From positions 177,632,001-177,696,000 of the forward strand of contig NC_058368.1 of the NCBI RefSeq assembly GCF_018350175.1: 64,000 nucleotides of DNA, in the 5' to 3' direction. Positions 23,547 through 36,390 of the stretch are shown here, in pieces (positions within the stretch are counted from its first letter, which is position 1; every line of letters begins with the position of its first letter). Origin of the DNA: Felis catus (taxonomy: Eukaryota). The notes beneath the pieces were generated by a model. The model ran no database searches and was not told the DNA's origin. It saw nothing but the letters and a program-made list of their open reading frames with translations. The position numbers and the translations under genes are program-made.

Positions 23547-23871
23547 CCGGCCGCATCCCTGTTCCTAGACAGCAGGTGCATGTAGGCAGGGAGCCCCCAA
23601 AACCCCTCGAAGTCTACACCCAGCAGGAGGGATCAGGACCCTACGTGCTCCCCAAAGTCACAGCCGTGGGTACCTTTGCCTGGTAGGCTATGATACGGTG
23701 GCAGAGAAGGAGCTAAAGGAAGAGGGTACAGCTGGAATCTCATACACACACATATTCCCCCCCACCCCCCGCCGTTTTCCCTTTGGGGCTGACAGGGCCC
23801 CCAGCACCCCGTGCCAGCTACCCAGGGATGCCAGGGAGATAACACCCAGGGAATCCCAGACCATCACTCAC

Positions 23872-23978
23872 CTTCCCCACGAGCTTGCCTTTCCGGTTCA
23901 TACACAGGTAGAATTCCGTCTCCTTGCCCTTGATCCGGACTTGACTACCGAAGGTGTCTGTCTCCACTAGGAGCTGGG
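23872..23978 (-). CDS. FGF18: FGF18 coding exon 4 (107 nt, [36 protein letters not shown])
   Basis: Acceptor TTTCGAAG|CCC and donor AAG|GTGAGT; contains the conserved FGF YLCMN motif. Confidence 0.98.
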
Positions 23979-25919
23979 CTTCGAAAGGCAGAAGGAGAAC
24001 AAGACACATTTTTTTTACCAGGGGCAAAGATCCCTGACCCTGTCCCTGGACCCTCACTGCTCCAACATCAGGCATGAGGGAGGCATCTAACAGGTCTCAT
24101 TGGAGCGCCCTGCCCCTTGGACACATGAGACTGTCCATCATTTGTTCTCTACCCCCAGCCTCTCTCGATGCCACTCGGCACCTAGATGGCTCCAGCTGGA
24201 GGGTTGTTCTGCCCCTTGCAGCTAAACACCAGTGAGCCCTTCTCCCCTCATCACCCACCCTCACCAGCCCCTCACCTCTGTTCCCCAAAACAAGACAGAC
24301 AGCCACATGAATAACCATGAATAACATGAATAGCAGTCTCTGGAACGAGGGGACAAACGCACACGAGTTTGCACGGGTACTCACGCACACTGCCTTGGAG
24401 GACATCAAGCTACCTCCCCCAAAATTTAGGTCAAAGGCCCCTTCCCCCAGGGCAAACATCTAGAACCCCTGCTAGTGTCCCCTCCCCACTCCACACTTTT
24501 GCCACTTGAAGTGGGGAAGGTCCAGGGAGGGGAGGTTCAAGGCCCCTGGGAAATGAAGGCTCTCTTCAGGATATTCTACTTTCTTTAGTCAAGGCCACCA
24601 AGGCTGAAAGGTGGCTAACTTCCAGGAGCCCAGAAGTCCCAATCAGGACCCAGTATCTATCCCCTGATCTGGAGTAGGAGACCCCACACTAAACCATCCG
24701 TTCTCCACAGAGCCTCCCTCAGGAGAGGGGTGTCCAGAGCTAATGCCCCAAGCCCTGACTGAGAAAGAACATCAAATGATCAAAGGGTGACTGTCCCTTG
24801 AATAGGCAAGCTGTGTCCAGACCCCTCTCTGTCCCTCTGTCAATTCATATTCTCTCACCAGTAAGGTGCTGTGTGACTTTGGTAGGCCATGTACCCTCTC
24901 TGAGCTCTCTCTCCTCTCTGGACTCGAATTCCTGTGCCTGATTCCCTCCCCAGCATCTCCTCCCACTGCTGCCTTCTTTGCCTATGACCCCCCCCCCTCA
25001 ATTCTCACCCTCCCATCTCTGAGCCTTTGCTTCCCAGCACCTGCCCCTCCCTCACCCGCAAACTTTTAATTTCAGTGACAAGGGACTTGCTTCTCCATAA
25101 CAAAAATCATAGCCCTAAATACGGCATCTTTGGAGCCACAAAGAGTGTACCTCAGTGCCCCTAAAATACACTAGGTATGATTTTAATAAAAAAATTTAAA
25201 AATATATACCCTGGTGCCCTGCTGTGAAAATTAAAACCATCTGGAACTCAGGATTTCCAATAATTAATCTAGCCCTCCTTTGACACCACTACTAATTAAA
25301 ATATGATACCCCACCTTTCCAAGGAAAATAAGAAGAATTTACATAAAATTTAAAGATCTAACAAGAATTCAGTAATTCTAGAAACAGGGAGGGAGCGGGA
25401 GGCACATTCTTCTCTCCACCTTCCCCCATCCCTAGTAAACACTGAATGGAGAACATTAAGCAACAGTGAGATAGGGGGTTATGAGCCCTGCATCCTCCCT
25501 GCTCCCCTTTAATTCAAACTCCCTATAACTCTCCCTGGGAACCCAGGGTCAAACATCAGAACAGCCCGGGGCCTGCTTTCTGCATCTGCCCCACACAGGA
25601 TGGAGGTTGTGGGGGTTCAAGAGGGTCTCCAATCCCAGGAGCTTCTAAAGAAGCCAGCACATGTTAAGGGAAAGGCTAGAGCTTTGGAATGGACAGAGCT
25701 GGGTATAAATCCCTGGCCCCAGTTGCCAACTGTATGACCCCGGGCCTCAGTTTCCTCATCTGTAAAATGGGTATAATCAACCCTAATCTTCAAAAGTTAT
25801 TGTGAGGATTCCACAACATGAAGGCAGAAAGGGCCTAGTCCCTTGTACTCAGAAGCCAGGTAAGGCAAGTAACTATTGTTTAAATTTCTTAATAACTGCA
25901 AAACAAAACTGTTTTCCCC

Positions 25920-25962
<43 letters not shown>

Positions 25963-27179
25963 CATGCGCGTGCACCATAGTGGGAAAAAATCAGATGTGT
26001 GTAAAAGGGCAGAATAGAGCCAGACTTGCCTCCCCAGGCATGCCCTCTGACCTGAACTTCTTCAGCATCCTCCAGGGTAGCAGGCATCTCACACTGAGAA
26101 GTGAAATGCCTTGGGCTGGGACTTATGGGATCTGATCATTGCCATGCTGGGCTGTGTGACCCTGAGTAAGTCACAGCCCCCTCTGAGCCTCAGTCTCCTT
26201 ACCTGTGCAAGGTGGGGGGTGGGGGGGTGGGGTCAAGCCTATTCTGATTCTCTCCGGGATTGGGGAAGAGCCTTGAAGAGGGGTAGAAATGGGAGGCAGC
26301 ATGTAGGAAGGGGATTAGGCCCCAGGACCGCAGCCCAGGCAACCCCAAGGCAACCCCAGACCTCTCTGTCTGCCCGTCTCCCCACATGTGCCTAGACTTC
26401 TGTCCTCAGAACATTTCCTACCGTTCTTGCTCCCACGTGAGCCCACTGAAGTCACACATCACCACGAGCTGGGGTGTCTCTGTCCCCATTTTACAGTTTA
26501 GGAAACTGAGGTTCAAAGGAGCAACTCAGCAGGTCTACCTGACTTTCTGATGGGGCCTGGGCTCCAGGGGAGGGCCCCTAACTCTGGGGAGATGTACTTC
26601 CCTGCCCCCAACCCCCAGTGCTCATAAGCCACAGCCCAGCACAGGAAGCCCTGGCCTTTGCCTGAGCTGTCCCAAAGGCCTAGGGCTGGAGCTGGGCTGC
26701 ACCTCCACCCCCACAAACCTCGCTACCCCCACCCCAGCCTGGGGAAGGTCTGCTCCAGATGCCATGCCAGGGAGCCAGCAGTCTGTTCTCCCCGACCACA
26801 GCAAGCCTTGCAGTGACCTAGACTCCACTCAGCGCATGACATAATGAGGAGGGAGCTGGGCCAGAATTATGTAAAGTCTGTGGGGAGTAATAGCGGCAGC
26901 AATTCTCAGAAAGAGAGAGAGAAAGAGAGACAGATGGAGAGAGAGACCCCACCCACCCAGGCCAGGTTTGCTCTAGAGCCTACCTCGTCCTCAGCATCAC
27001 GCTCCCCCTTCTCATGACCCAAGCCCCCAACATGCAGCTCTCAGGAGCTAAAGACTTCTTCTGGGCTCAGTTCCATTCTTGAGGCCTGTACCAGGCCAGG
27101 CAGGAGGAGTCTGGAACTTTATCTGGCTCCACTCATCAGACCTCCTCTCCAGGCATCCCCTCCAGACTGCACAACTCAA

Positions 27180-27775
27180 CAGCCTCCTCCCTCTGCCAGA
27201 GAGATCCTTTAAAAATATAAAATTAATTCTCTCTCGTCCCTGCTAGAGGCCTCCTAAGTGATCTCCAACTCGCTGAAAATCCAGCCTCTTCATGGGGACC
27301 CATATGGGACACATGCTCTGGCCCCTGCTGACCATTCCTACATCCCAACCTCACTCACAGCCCTCCAGTCAGCAAGCCTCCTTGCTATTCCTCTCTGACA
27401 TACCAAGCACACTCCCACCTCAGGGCCTTTGCACTTGCTGTTCCCTCTACCTGGATCTTCCCACAGCAGCTTCTCTTCTCTTAGGTTGCCACTCAAATGT
27501 CACCCCCTGAGAGAGGCCTTTCCTGGCCACACGGTCCAATGTCATACCACCCTCCCCAGTCCAGCTCTACCCCCCCCCCCCCCGGCTCCATTTTCCTTAG
27601 AGCTCTTCTCCAAATTGTCTTAGTTGCTAAGACAATTGTCTGTCTCTATTTACCGGAAGGTAAGCTCCACCAGAGCAAGGGCTTATCTGTCTTATTCACC
27701 ACTGTGATTTCTAGCCCTAGCCCAAACTTGGCCTGTAGTAAATGACCAACGAGTAAATTTTAGTAAATGCATAAA
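27180..27775 (+). mobile_element. L2 LINE fragment
   Basis: cagggcctttgcacttgctgttccctct, ctcaaatgtcacc and taagctcca motifs. Confidence 0.7.
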
Positions 27776-29119
27776 TGGCTTTGTGAAGTAGATATGAGTA
27801 ATACTATTTAGGGGTTAAAGAAAGCAAGGTGAAGGGAGGTGAAGGGACTTGCCCAAAGGAACACAGCTGGTCAAAGCGGGGCAGATGCTGGGAGCCAGTG
27901 TGACGCCACAGTCAACACCCTTGGCCACGCTGCTCCCCACTGGTATCCTCCAGTGCTACTCCTGCTCTCGCTAGAACCCGGAGCTCCCACCCACCCGTCC
28001 CCAGGCTCAGAGACTCGCTGTGTGACAAAGGGAAAAACCCTCTTCCTCTCTGGGCCAGGCCTAGTGACCTCCGAGTCACTGGCTTTCAGTTCCGCCCTTC
28101 TAGAAAGTATCAGTAACTAACATTTATTTGGAGCTTATAATGTCATGGCCACTGTTCTAACTCCCCTCTATGCATCCTGTCACTTACAACATCCTTACAA
28201 TAATCTCCCGAGGTTAGAACTGTTATCCTCATCCCCATATTACAGGTGAGAAAACTGAGTGCCAAGGTGACACAGCGACAGAGGTACAACCCAGGCAGGC
28301 TAACTCACAAGACTTGGTCTTGCCCTGTCCACCCCTCACTTTACCCTTCCTCTGCAGCCGTTCCTTTCCTGGGGCAGTGGGTGAGTAAACCAAGCCAGGG
28401 AAGCTCTTTGCTTTGACCTCACTTTCTTGAGGCAGAAGGCTATAGGTAGAGATGCCCACAGAGCCCTTTCTATAAAAAAACACCCATGACACTGGCAGAG
28501 TCACTCCAGAGGTAGTCTGAGGCAGACGAGAGATTCAGAGGTAGGCAGAATGCGACAGACATCACGCAGACCAGCCATGGTGGAGAAAAGGGAAGTGACG
28601 TTGACTGACTGATTGATTGATTCCAGTGTGATTCCCTAGCGGGGCCTCCCAACATGTGATCCAGGGCCTCACTTGGAAGACTTTTGGCTTGAAGGGTAGG
28701 AAACAGCAGGGAAAGACACAGAGAGGCAGCCAGAAACCAGAGAGAAACACAGTACAAAGAGAGACACAGGAGACAGGAACCAAAGAGAGGAAACCCGAGA
28801 GAACAAAGCTGGAGAATGGGGATTTCTTTTTCCCCAGCCTCAGGCTAAAACCCCCCAAGACCTGCAAGAGCAGTACGGGAGCCAGGAGCCACCTGGACCT
28901 TGCATGAGGTGACCAGCAGCTGGCTCACCGCTACGGTTCCAGTGCTGACTGCATGCTGGCCACTGTCCAGGTGTCCTCCAGAGAGGAAATGTCCTTGCCA
29001 CAAAAGGCACTGGGAGGTCATAGTAAATCAGTCTTCCCTTCCTCCCTTCTGAAGGTGGACCAGGTCAACAGGAAGGGGTGGGGAGAAAGATGCTTTCTGG
29101 AGATGTCTCCACATCACTG

Positions 29120-29166
<47 letters not shown>

Positions 29167-29624
29167 CCTTTCTCCCAAAGTCCCCTTCTCCTAAAGTCCC
29201 CCAAGGAGGTTTGCAGGCCACGTGGGCTTGCTGGAAAGGAACAGGGAAAAAAAAATCAATAGGATTGATCAGGAGCTATATTTAATCCCAGCCATAGCTC
29301 TAGTATGGTCATTTCAGCTGCAGAGTCAGCGAGGTGTGGGGGATCACTCCTCACTGGGGACAGAAGTTATGGGACGTGAGCTCAAAGGGCAGGGGTTTTA
29401 ATGCCCCTTCCCAGCTGCAAAAGCCCTAGGGGAAGCCAGGTCTGTGGCTCGCTGTATCCCCACCGCACGACACAGAGCTGGCAGGCTGGAAGGATGGGAG
29501 GGAGGACGAGAGGACAGCAGAGGAGAGGCAGGGAGCACTAATTTGCCAAGTATCTTCTGAGTGCCTGAGCTCTGTGTCAGGCACCTGCCCCAGGGGGAGC
29601 ACTCCCAGATGCACACATGGCTCG

Positions 29625-30190
29625 TCCATGCATTCACTGGGCTCAAGTGTCTACTGAGCACCTGCTTGTGGTTGGCTCTGTGCATGGTGATACAGCAGCA
29701 GACAAAATAGACAAAAGCCTCCTACCTCAAGGAGCTTGCATTGTAACAGGAGAGACAGAGAGCAAATAGCCAAATACATAATAGAATATCTAGTAGCAAT
29801 AAGTGCTAGGAACAAAAATATGCCCAGGAGGAGACAGAGATGGGAAGTCTCTGATAAGGAGAAAATTGAACAGAAGCCTGAGTGAAGTCAGGGAGCAAGC
29901 CGTGAGGGTGTCTGGGAGAAAAGCCTCGTCAGGTCAAGAGAACAGCAAATGCAAAGGGCCTTAGCCGGGGACATGCTTGGCATGGTCCGGCGATGGCAGG
30001 GAGGGGCTGGGGCCGGAGCTGTGTGGGCAAGGAAGGGGCAGTGCAGCCAAGGCTTGAGTGGTAGCCAGGAGCCAGGCCATTCCGCGCTTTCCTGCTGACC
30101 CAAGAACTGGGATTTTAATCTCAGTAAGACAAGCGCCTTTGACAATGCTGTGACACAGTCTCACATCTCGGACTGCTATGTGGGGAAGGG
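29625..30190 (-). mobile_element. L2 LINE fragment, reverse
   Basis: Reverse L2 motifs such as gaacagcaaatgcaaagggcc. Confidence 0.65.
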
Positions 30191-32864
30191 GCTATGGGCG
30201 TCAGCCTCAGAGAGTAGGGGGTCCCTGCTGCTCGTTTCTCCACCACAGCCCTCCAGCAGATGCCAGAGCGAAGGAAATGCAGACCAGAGGACCCCACCTC
30301 ACCCCGACTCTTGTCATCTGCTCAGCAAAAGCCCTGGAACAGCCCACATGTCTTTCGATGTGAGCCACACAAGTCAGTCCCCGATTATGCTTTGAGTCGC
30401 CCCACAATTACTTTATACGTTCATCCAGCAACCTTTAAGTGGGGACCTGCTTTCTGCCAAGCCTTGTACTGGACATGGGGACATGCAGAAGGGTCACTAT
30501 TTCCAAGGGGCTCACGTTCTCAGAGGGGCAAGGCTGAGCAAGGGACGCAGGAAGCTGGCCCAGCTCAGCAGGCCTATGCCGGGACAGGCTGAGTCCTCAT
30601 GATCCCGCACAGCAATACCACAGCTGGAGTCACAGACTGATCCACGCCTGAGCTCTCGAGGAAGCCATCGGACTGCTAACTCCACCCCCCCCCCGCACCC
30701 AGCCCCCATTCATGGTGAAGAAGCCCAGGCTCAGGGAGGGAATGAGGAGGACCCAAGGTCACACTTGGAGGTTAGAGAACTAGACTCTTCCTACTCAGAG
30801 TCAACTGCTGAGAGGGAGCACGGTCTCTGGCCTGGGAGCAGCTTGAAGGCTGGCACCAGGTGTGTCTTACCACCGGGTCCCCAGGGCTCAGTAATTCTGT
30901 GCCGAGTGAGTGAGGGACCCCAGTTCAAACTAAGAAAAGAGCAGACCACACCCAACAAGAAGGTCCAAAGACCCTTCCTCCTCTGGCCAGACAGCAGCCC
31001 GAACAGGCAGTCCCGCTGCCTGGAATCGTGCTGAAGAAGCCTCTTAAGCCTGCAGCTGACCTGCCAGGGCCCCACTGATGAGTGAGAAAGACAAGGTTCT
31101 TTCTGGAAGCCCCAGGAATCAGTTCCTGAGAGGGGAACCTCCACCAGAGCCCAGGATGGCACCCCCACCTCCATACAACAGCACCGAGTTCAAGCAGTTA
31201 TTACTTATATTTTTGCTTTAATAATCATACAATCTTTGAGCATTAGATATGCTCTCTTTCCCATCACCCCATTTCACAGAAGAGCAAACAGGACCAGAAA
31301 GGCTAACTCAGATCCTAGGTCTCGAGCTCGCAAGTGGGGGAGCTAGACTCAAATCTTGTCCAACTCCAGAGTCTACCTGCTCGACTCCTCCAAAGATCAC
31401 CTTCCTGGCTAACACAGTCCCTCCAGTGGCCTGCCAGGGGCTGTTCCGAGCACAGTCAGTCCTGGGAGCCTGGCCTTCTGCAACATGTTGGGTTTGTGCT
31501 TACCATTTTTTTTTTCCCCAAGTAGAAAAACCGTTTTTTCAAATGAAAACCGGCAGGAATATCCAATCATAGGGTGCACATCAAAGCAGAGTCACCTCCA
31601 CGCCACCACCCCCGGTGCCAGGGTCCCTCCCTGCTCCCTGAGCACAGACTCAGTTGGTCCCAGCCCTCCCCTTCTAAAACGCCAGTTCTGTCACTGTCAG
31701 CCCTGCTTCCCACGGCCAAGAGGATCTAATGCCTCCACACCTGGGGCTTAAGTGCATCCATCCCAGAGGCAGGTGGAGTGTGGCTTTCTCACCCTCACTT
31801 GGCACAGGAAGATGTGGAGCCCGGAGCCAGACAAGCTTGCCCCAAGCTCCGCGGGCTGCTCGGTGGCACAGCTGCAACAAAACCCAGGTGTCCTGCATGG
31901 TCTGGTGCTGTTTCTTCAACATGGTGACTGCCTACAAGGCAGAGGGGGCCAGGACCAAGAGCCGGAAGGGGAGAGGCTGCTGTAAGAACCCTAGGTGGGC
32001 AGGGTGACCAGGTCCTGAGCCACCGGCCTGCCAGGTGTCCCACGACTTAAACCTCCAACTTCCTGGCTCCCATTCTTGGCCAGAGCCTGGCCCACCCGCA
32101 GGGCCCTCAGGTGCTCTGGGAAAGCTTTAGGGAGTCACGGGGAGACCCTCTTGTAGAGCAGCATGGTGTAGGGGTGTGCTCCCCTCCATGCAGATTTCAC
32201 CAAAGACTGCTCATGGGGACAGCTCCTGGGCAGGGCACCCAGACTAAGGTGGGCCTGTGCCCTGGGCCTGCCCAGAGTCTAACACCTCTGGACACCATTG
32301 AATCTGAGGCCATGAGTGTCTGTCGGGGTTCCAGACTCCATGTGTTCATGGGGATTCTGTTTATACTTGGTGTTTGCCGCAAGTCCCCGACTGCATTATA
32401 ATTGCACGTAGATGGAAGCCGTGGGCTGCATCATTCTTTCAGCTGCACAGAGTCCCGAGAAGGAGGGAGCAGGCTCTCGGACTGTCCGGGGAGGCCCCCC
32501 CGCCACCGGCCTGGCTGGGGGCTACTGGCTGCCCATCCCCCCACAGGCAGGGCAGGCCCCTAACACAGCCCCATCCTCCAGGCTGGCTTGGCCACATAAA
32601 TCACCCTCCCAATAATATTTGTATTGATTATCTAGATTGGAAGCCTCAATTGGCTCCATTGTCTCACTTCCTCTCCCAGGGCTCACAGATGGGGTCCCTT
32701 CGCCTCATCTGCGTTTCTAATGCGACACTTAAATGAAGCAGCCTCCGCAGTCAGCAGAGCCCCACGCTGCCCTGGGTGTCAGGGGGGTGGAGGAGTGATA
32801 AACATATTCCTTGAGAGAGGGTGATTAAATCTGGGGTTTGTGGAGCTGGAGAAGCCAAAACGGG

Positions 32865-33022
32865 CTAGTTCCTGGATACTCAAAGTGCGGTCTCTGCACA
32901 CCACCTGGGCGCAGGTTAGAAATGCAGCGCTCAGGCCCCACTCCGGACCCACCAAATCAATATCAGCATTTAACAAGGTCCCTGAGTGATTCACAGGCAT
33001 GTTCATGTTTAAGAAACACTGC
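32865..33022. mobile_element. MER5A-like hAT element
   Basis: ctcaaagtgcggtc...gttagaaatgcag...gtttaagaaacactg. Confidence 0.7.
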
Positions 33023-34813
33023 TCTGGTCCAACCCTTGTATTGTACAGAGGGGAAACTGAGGCCCAGAGGAGGCGAAGGGCTTGCCTGATGTCACGCAGC
33101 AGGTGAGATCCCCTAAGTCTCTGGCTGAGGCAGAGGAAGCGAGAGGCAAGTAACTTCTGGAGTGAGGGGGTGGCCATTTCTGGGCTCCTCTCCCTCCCGA
33201 GCTCCTACCTCCTGTCTCAGGGCGTGGACAGATGGCTCAGACCAGAGTCTGACCCCCCTCTACTCTTCCCAGCCTGGAGGGGCCAGTGAGAGCTCCGGGG
33301 ACTCCCCAGGAGGGCACCCTCCTCCCGCCCGGCCGGCCAGCTGCCCCTTCCCTGGCAGCAAGAGGACAGCAGATCCCAGGGAAAACCACCACCTGGGTCT
33401 GCCCAGCACAGCAGGGGGCACAGAGAGACAGAGGCCCCTGAGAGGCAGCCAGCAGAGGACCTGAGAGAGGTGGGGCGGAGGGACTGGAGAGCTGTGGTCT
33501 GAGGGAGGGAGGCAGGGAGGGCAGAGATGGTGGGGAGGTGGGGGGAAGAGGTGGACAGAAACAAAGAGGGGAAGGGATGAGTACCCAGAAGGATAGGAGA
33601 AGGACTCAGAGAGAGGGGCCGGTTGAAAGCAGCAGCAGCAGCAGCAAGACTGAGAAAGGAAGAAGGGGAAAGAGGGAGGGAGGGAGGGGAACGGAGGCAG
33701 TAAAGAGTGATGGCACAGGGAGAAGGGAGGCAGCTGGCCTGGAGACGGGGAGCCCAGCCCGGCCCAGCCCTGCCCGGCCTTGCCGGCCCCAGCCCCCAGT
33801 GACGGTGCAGCTGCCGCACTTGGGCCCTACCATGAGGTCAGTCCTGCCCTGGGGCGGAGGGAAAATAAATGGTGTCCAAGATAAAAGGTCCAAGAAATTA
33901 TTTGTCTTGTTGTCACGTCTTGACTGCAATGGGCAGGGGCCGGCGGGCAGGCGGGGCATCATCCCAGAAAAGCCTAGGCTGGCAGTCCCACAGTGCATAC
34001 ACAGGACCCCGGTCCCAGCCCCATGCCTTGGCCACCCACAGCCCCGGCTCCCCTGCCCAAGGCCGGGGCCCGGGACACCTCCCACCCAAATCCTGGCCTA
34101 AGAAGGCAAGAACCCATGGGGCAAGGTCAGTATTTGCTCAGTGCCTCTCCCAAGATCCACTCCAAGCTCTAGGAAATTGGAGTCCTGTTTCTCTTACTGC
34201 TGAGGGTCTTTGTGGGCAGGGGGCCTGGGGAGGGAAGGGGGTTAGGGTGTCTCATTCCTCCCAGCCCCCTTGCAGAGGCAGCATGAGGCGAGTGATGGTT
34301 CCCAAACATCTCAGAGGAGGGCTGGACAGTTCCGGGGTCAAGGGCAGGTCAAAGGGACCATAGCCCAAGGTGCTAAGAGCGAGCGCTCCCATTCCTCACA
34401 GGTGTTCAAGCTCAAGCTCGCAGAACACACACCCGTTTGCACACAGGAGCACCCACCCTCACCCCAGGCCGATTTCCAGCACCACCGGCAGCACCCAAAT
34501 AACATTCCCTAGAGACTCCCTGCTCTCCAAGCACCTGAACCTGGGGCTGGTGAAGCAAGGCCATGGGGAGCAGCTACCCACGACCACTGGCATTTGCCGG
34601 CAAAAGCACTTTTGATTCACAGCTTCAGTTAGTGCCCCACAAAGGCTCTCAGGGGATACACTACTTACTGCAGCTCCATTTTACAGATGAGGAACCTGAA
34701 GGCCAGAAAGGCTCGGTGCCAGGTGCAAGATACACAGCCGGGACGCGGCAGAGCTGGGATCTGAACCTGAGGTCTCAGAGGGGCCCAGTTAGGGGGGCGG
34801 GGCCGGCACCTAC

Positions 34814-34994
34814 CATACTTGTCCCCGTCCTCGCCGCGGGCACTGATCCTGCGGCCCAGGACCTGGATGTGCTTCCCGCTGGTCCGGCTGTAGAGCTGGT
34901 ACAGCCGCAGCTGCTTACGGCTCACATCGTCCCGAGCCCGCGTCTGGTTCTCCACGTGGATGCGGAAGTCCACGTTCTCCTCGGCCGCCAGCAC
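34814..34994 (-). CDS. FGF18: FGF18 coding exon 3 (181 nt, VLAAEENVDF...GEDGDKY)
   Basis: Acceptor CCCAG|GTG and donor TATG|GTAGGT; contains the FGF core QLYSRTSGKHIQV. Confidence 0.98.
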
Positions 34995-35689
34995 CTGGGC
35001 AGGGAAAGGGGCATCAGTGATCTACCTGGGAGGTCCTAGGTCCCCTGCAGATAGGAGCTGCGTTCACAGCAAAGAGCCAGAGCCCCCGTGTGCCGGCTCT
35101 GTATGAGTCCTTGGCCCAGATTCATACCTGCCCTGTTACCACCCCTGCTTCACAGATGAGGCAACCAAGTCTCGGAGAGGTGAGGCAAGTTGACCAAGGG
35201 GGCCCAGCCAGGAAGTGGCAAAGCTAAGAATCAGGCCTAGGTCTACGGGACAACAACACTTGCCATCTTTCCACCACAGCACCAAGTTAAAGGAAGCAGC
35301 ATAGAGCATTTGACCTTGGCCACACCGACTCCTTCCCAATAAAACAGCAGAGCGGAGCCCCGACCCCGACCACATTCCAGGGTGGCCATGAGGATAAAGC
35401 GAGCAAGTACCAACATGGACACGGAGATGGGAGAAGCGTGGGGGGCATATCACTGTCGTTTGGGTGCACGGCCGGGAAGGACAGAGGCTGCCAAGTCACC
35501 CTGGGAAGGAATGGGCCAAAATCCACTGTCACTCATCCCCAGGAGCCGGGGACTCTCCTCTCCATGTCCAGAGAGTCCTCATGCTCACCCACACTCGCCC
35601 AGCATCTGCCCACACCACTGGTTTGGGCACCACTGGCGCATCCCCAGAGGTTTAGTTCATGTCTGACCACATCCTCCAGGAAGCGGCCT

Positions 35690-36390
35690 CTGGCTATGCT
35701 GACATATAACTCTCCAGTCTCACTTCCTGAACATGGCCTCTCACCTGGACAACTTGCAGCCACCTCCTCGCCAGTCTCCTGTTCCCATTCTTGCCCCCTG
35801 GTAGTCTGTCTTCCATCAAACCCAGTCACTTAGTATAATCCTCCCTCTTCACACTCTCCAGAACTTCCATCACATCTCGACAAAGGCCCCCACCACGGCC
35901 TCAAGGTCCTTCATGATGAGCACCCCCCCGCTTCATCTTTTACCACTCCCTCACCACCAGTTACACTGGCTGCCTTATTACGTTGCTGAGGATTCCAAAC
36001 ACAAAACATACCTGCCTCGGGGCCTTTGCATGTGCTTTTTCCTTGGTTTCAATATTCCTTCCCAGATTTATACATTCTGGCCCCTTTACTTCATTAGGGT
36101 CTCTGCTCAGTGTCACATCCTGAGACAGGCCTTCTTTGACTGTTTCTCTGAAGCAGCCCCCACTCCTCTGTCACTCTCCATCTCTCTATCATGCTTTGTT
36201 TTTTCTTTCTAACACTGACCAACCTGACATGCCTTCTATTTATCTGGTTTTTGTCTGGCTCCCCCTGACTAGGCTGACAGCACCATGAAAGCTGGGGCTG
36301 TCTCTTTCTTGCTTGTTGCTATATCCCCAGCACGTAGCACGGTAGAAACTCAAATATTTATTGAATGCATGGATGAATAAACAAATGAAC
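35690..36390 (+). mobile_element. L2 LINE 3' fragment
   Basis: ggcctttgcatgtgct motif and caaatatttattgaatgcatggatgaat tail. Confidence 0.7.
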
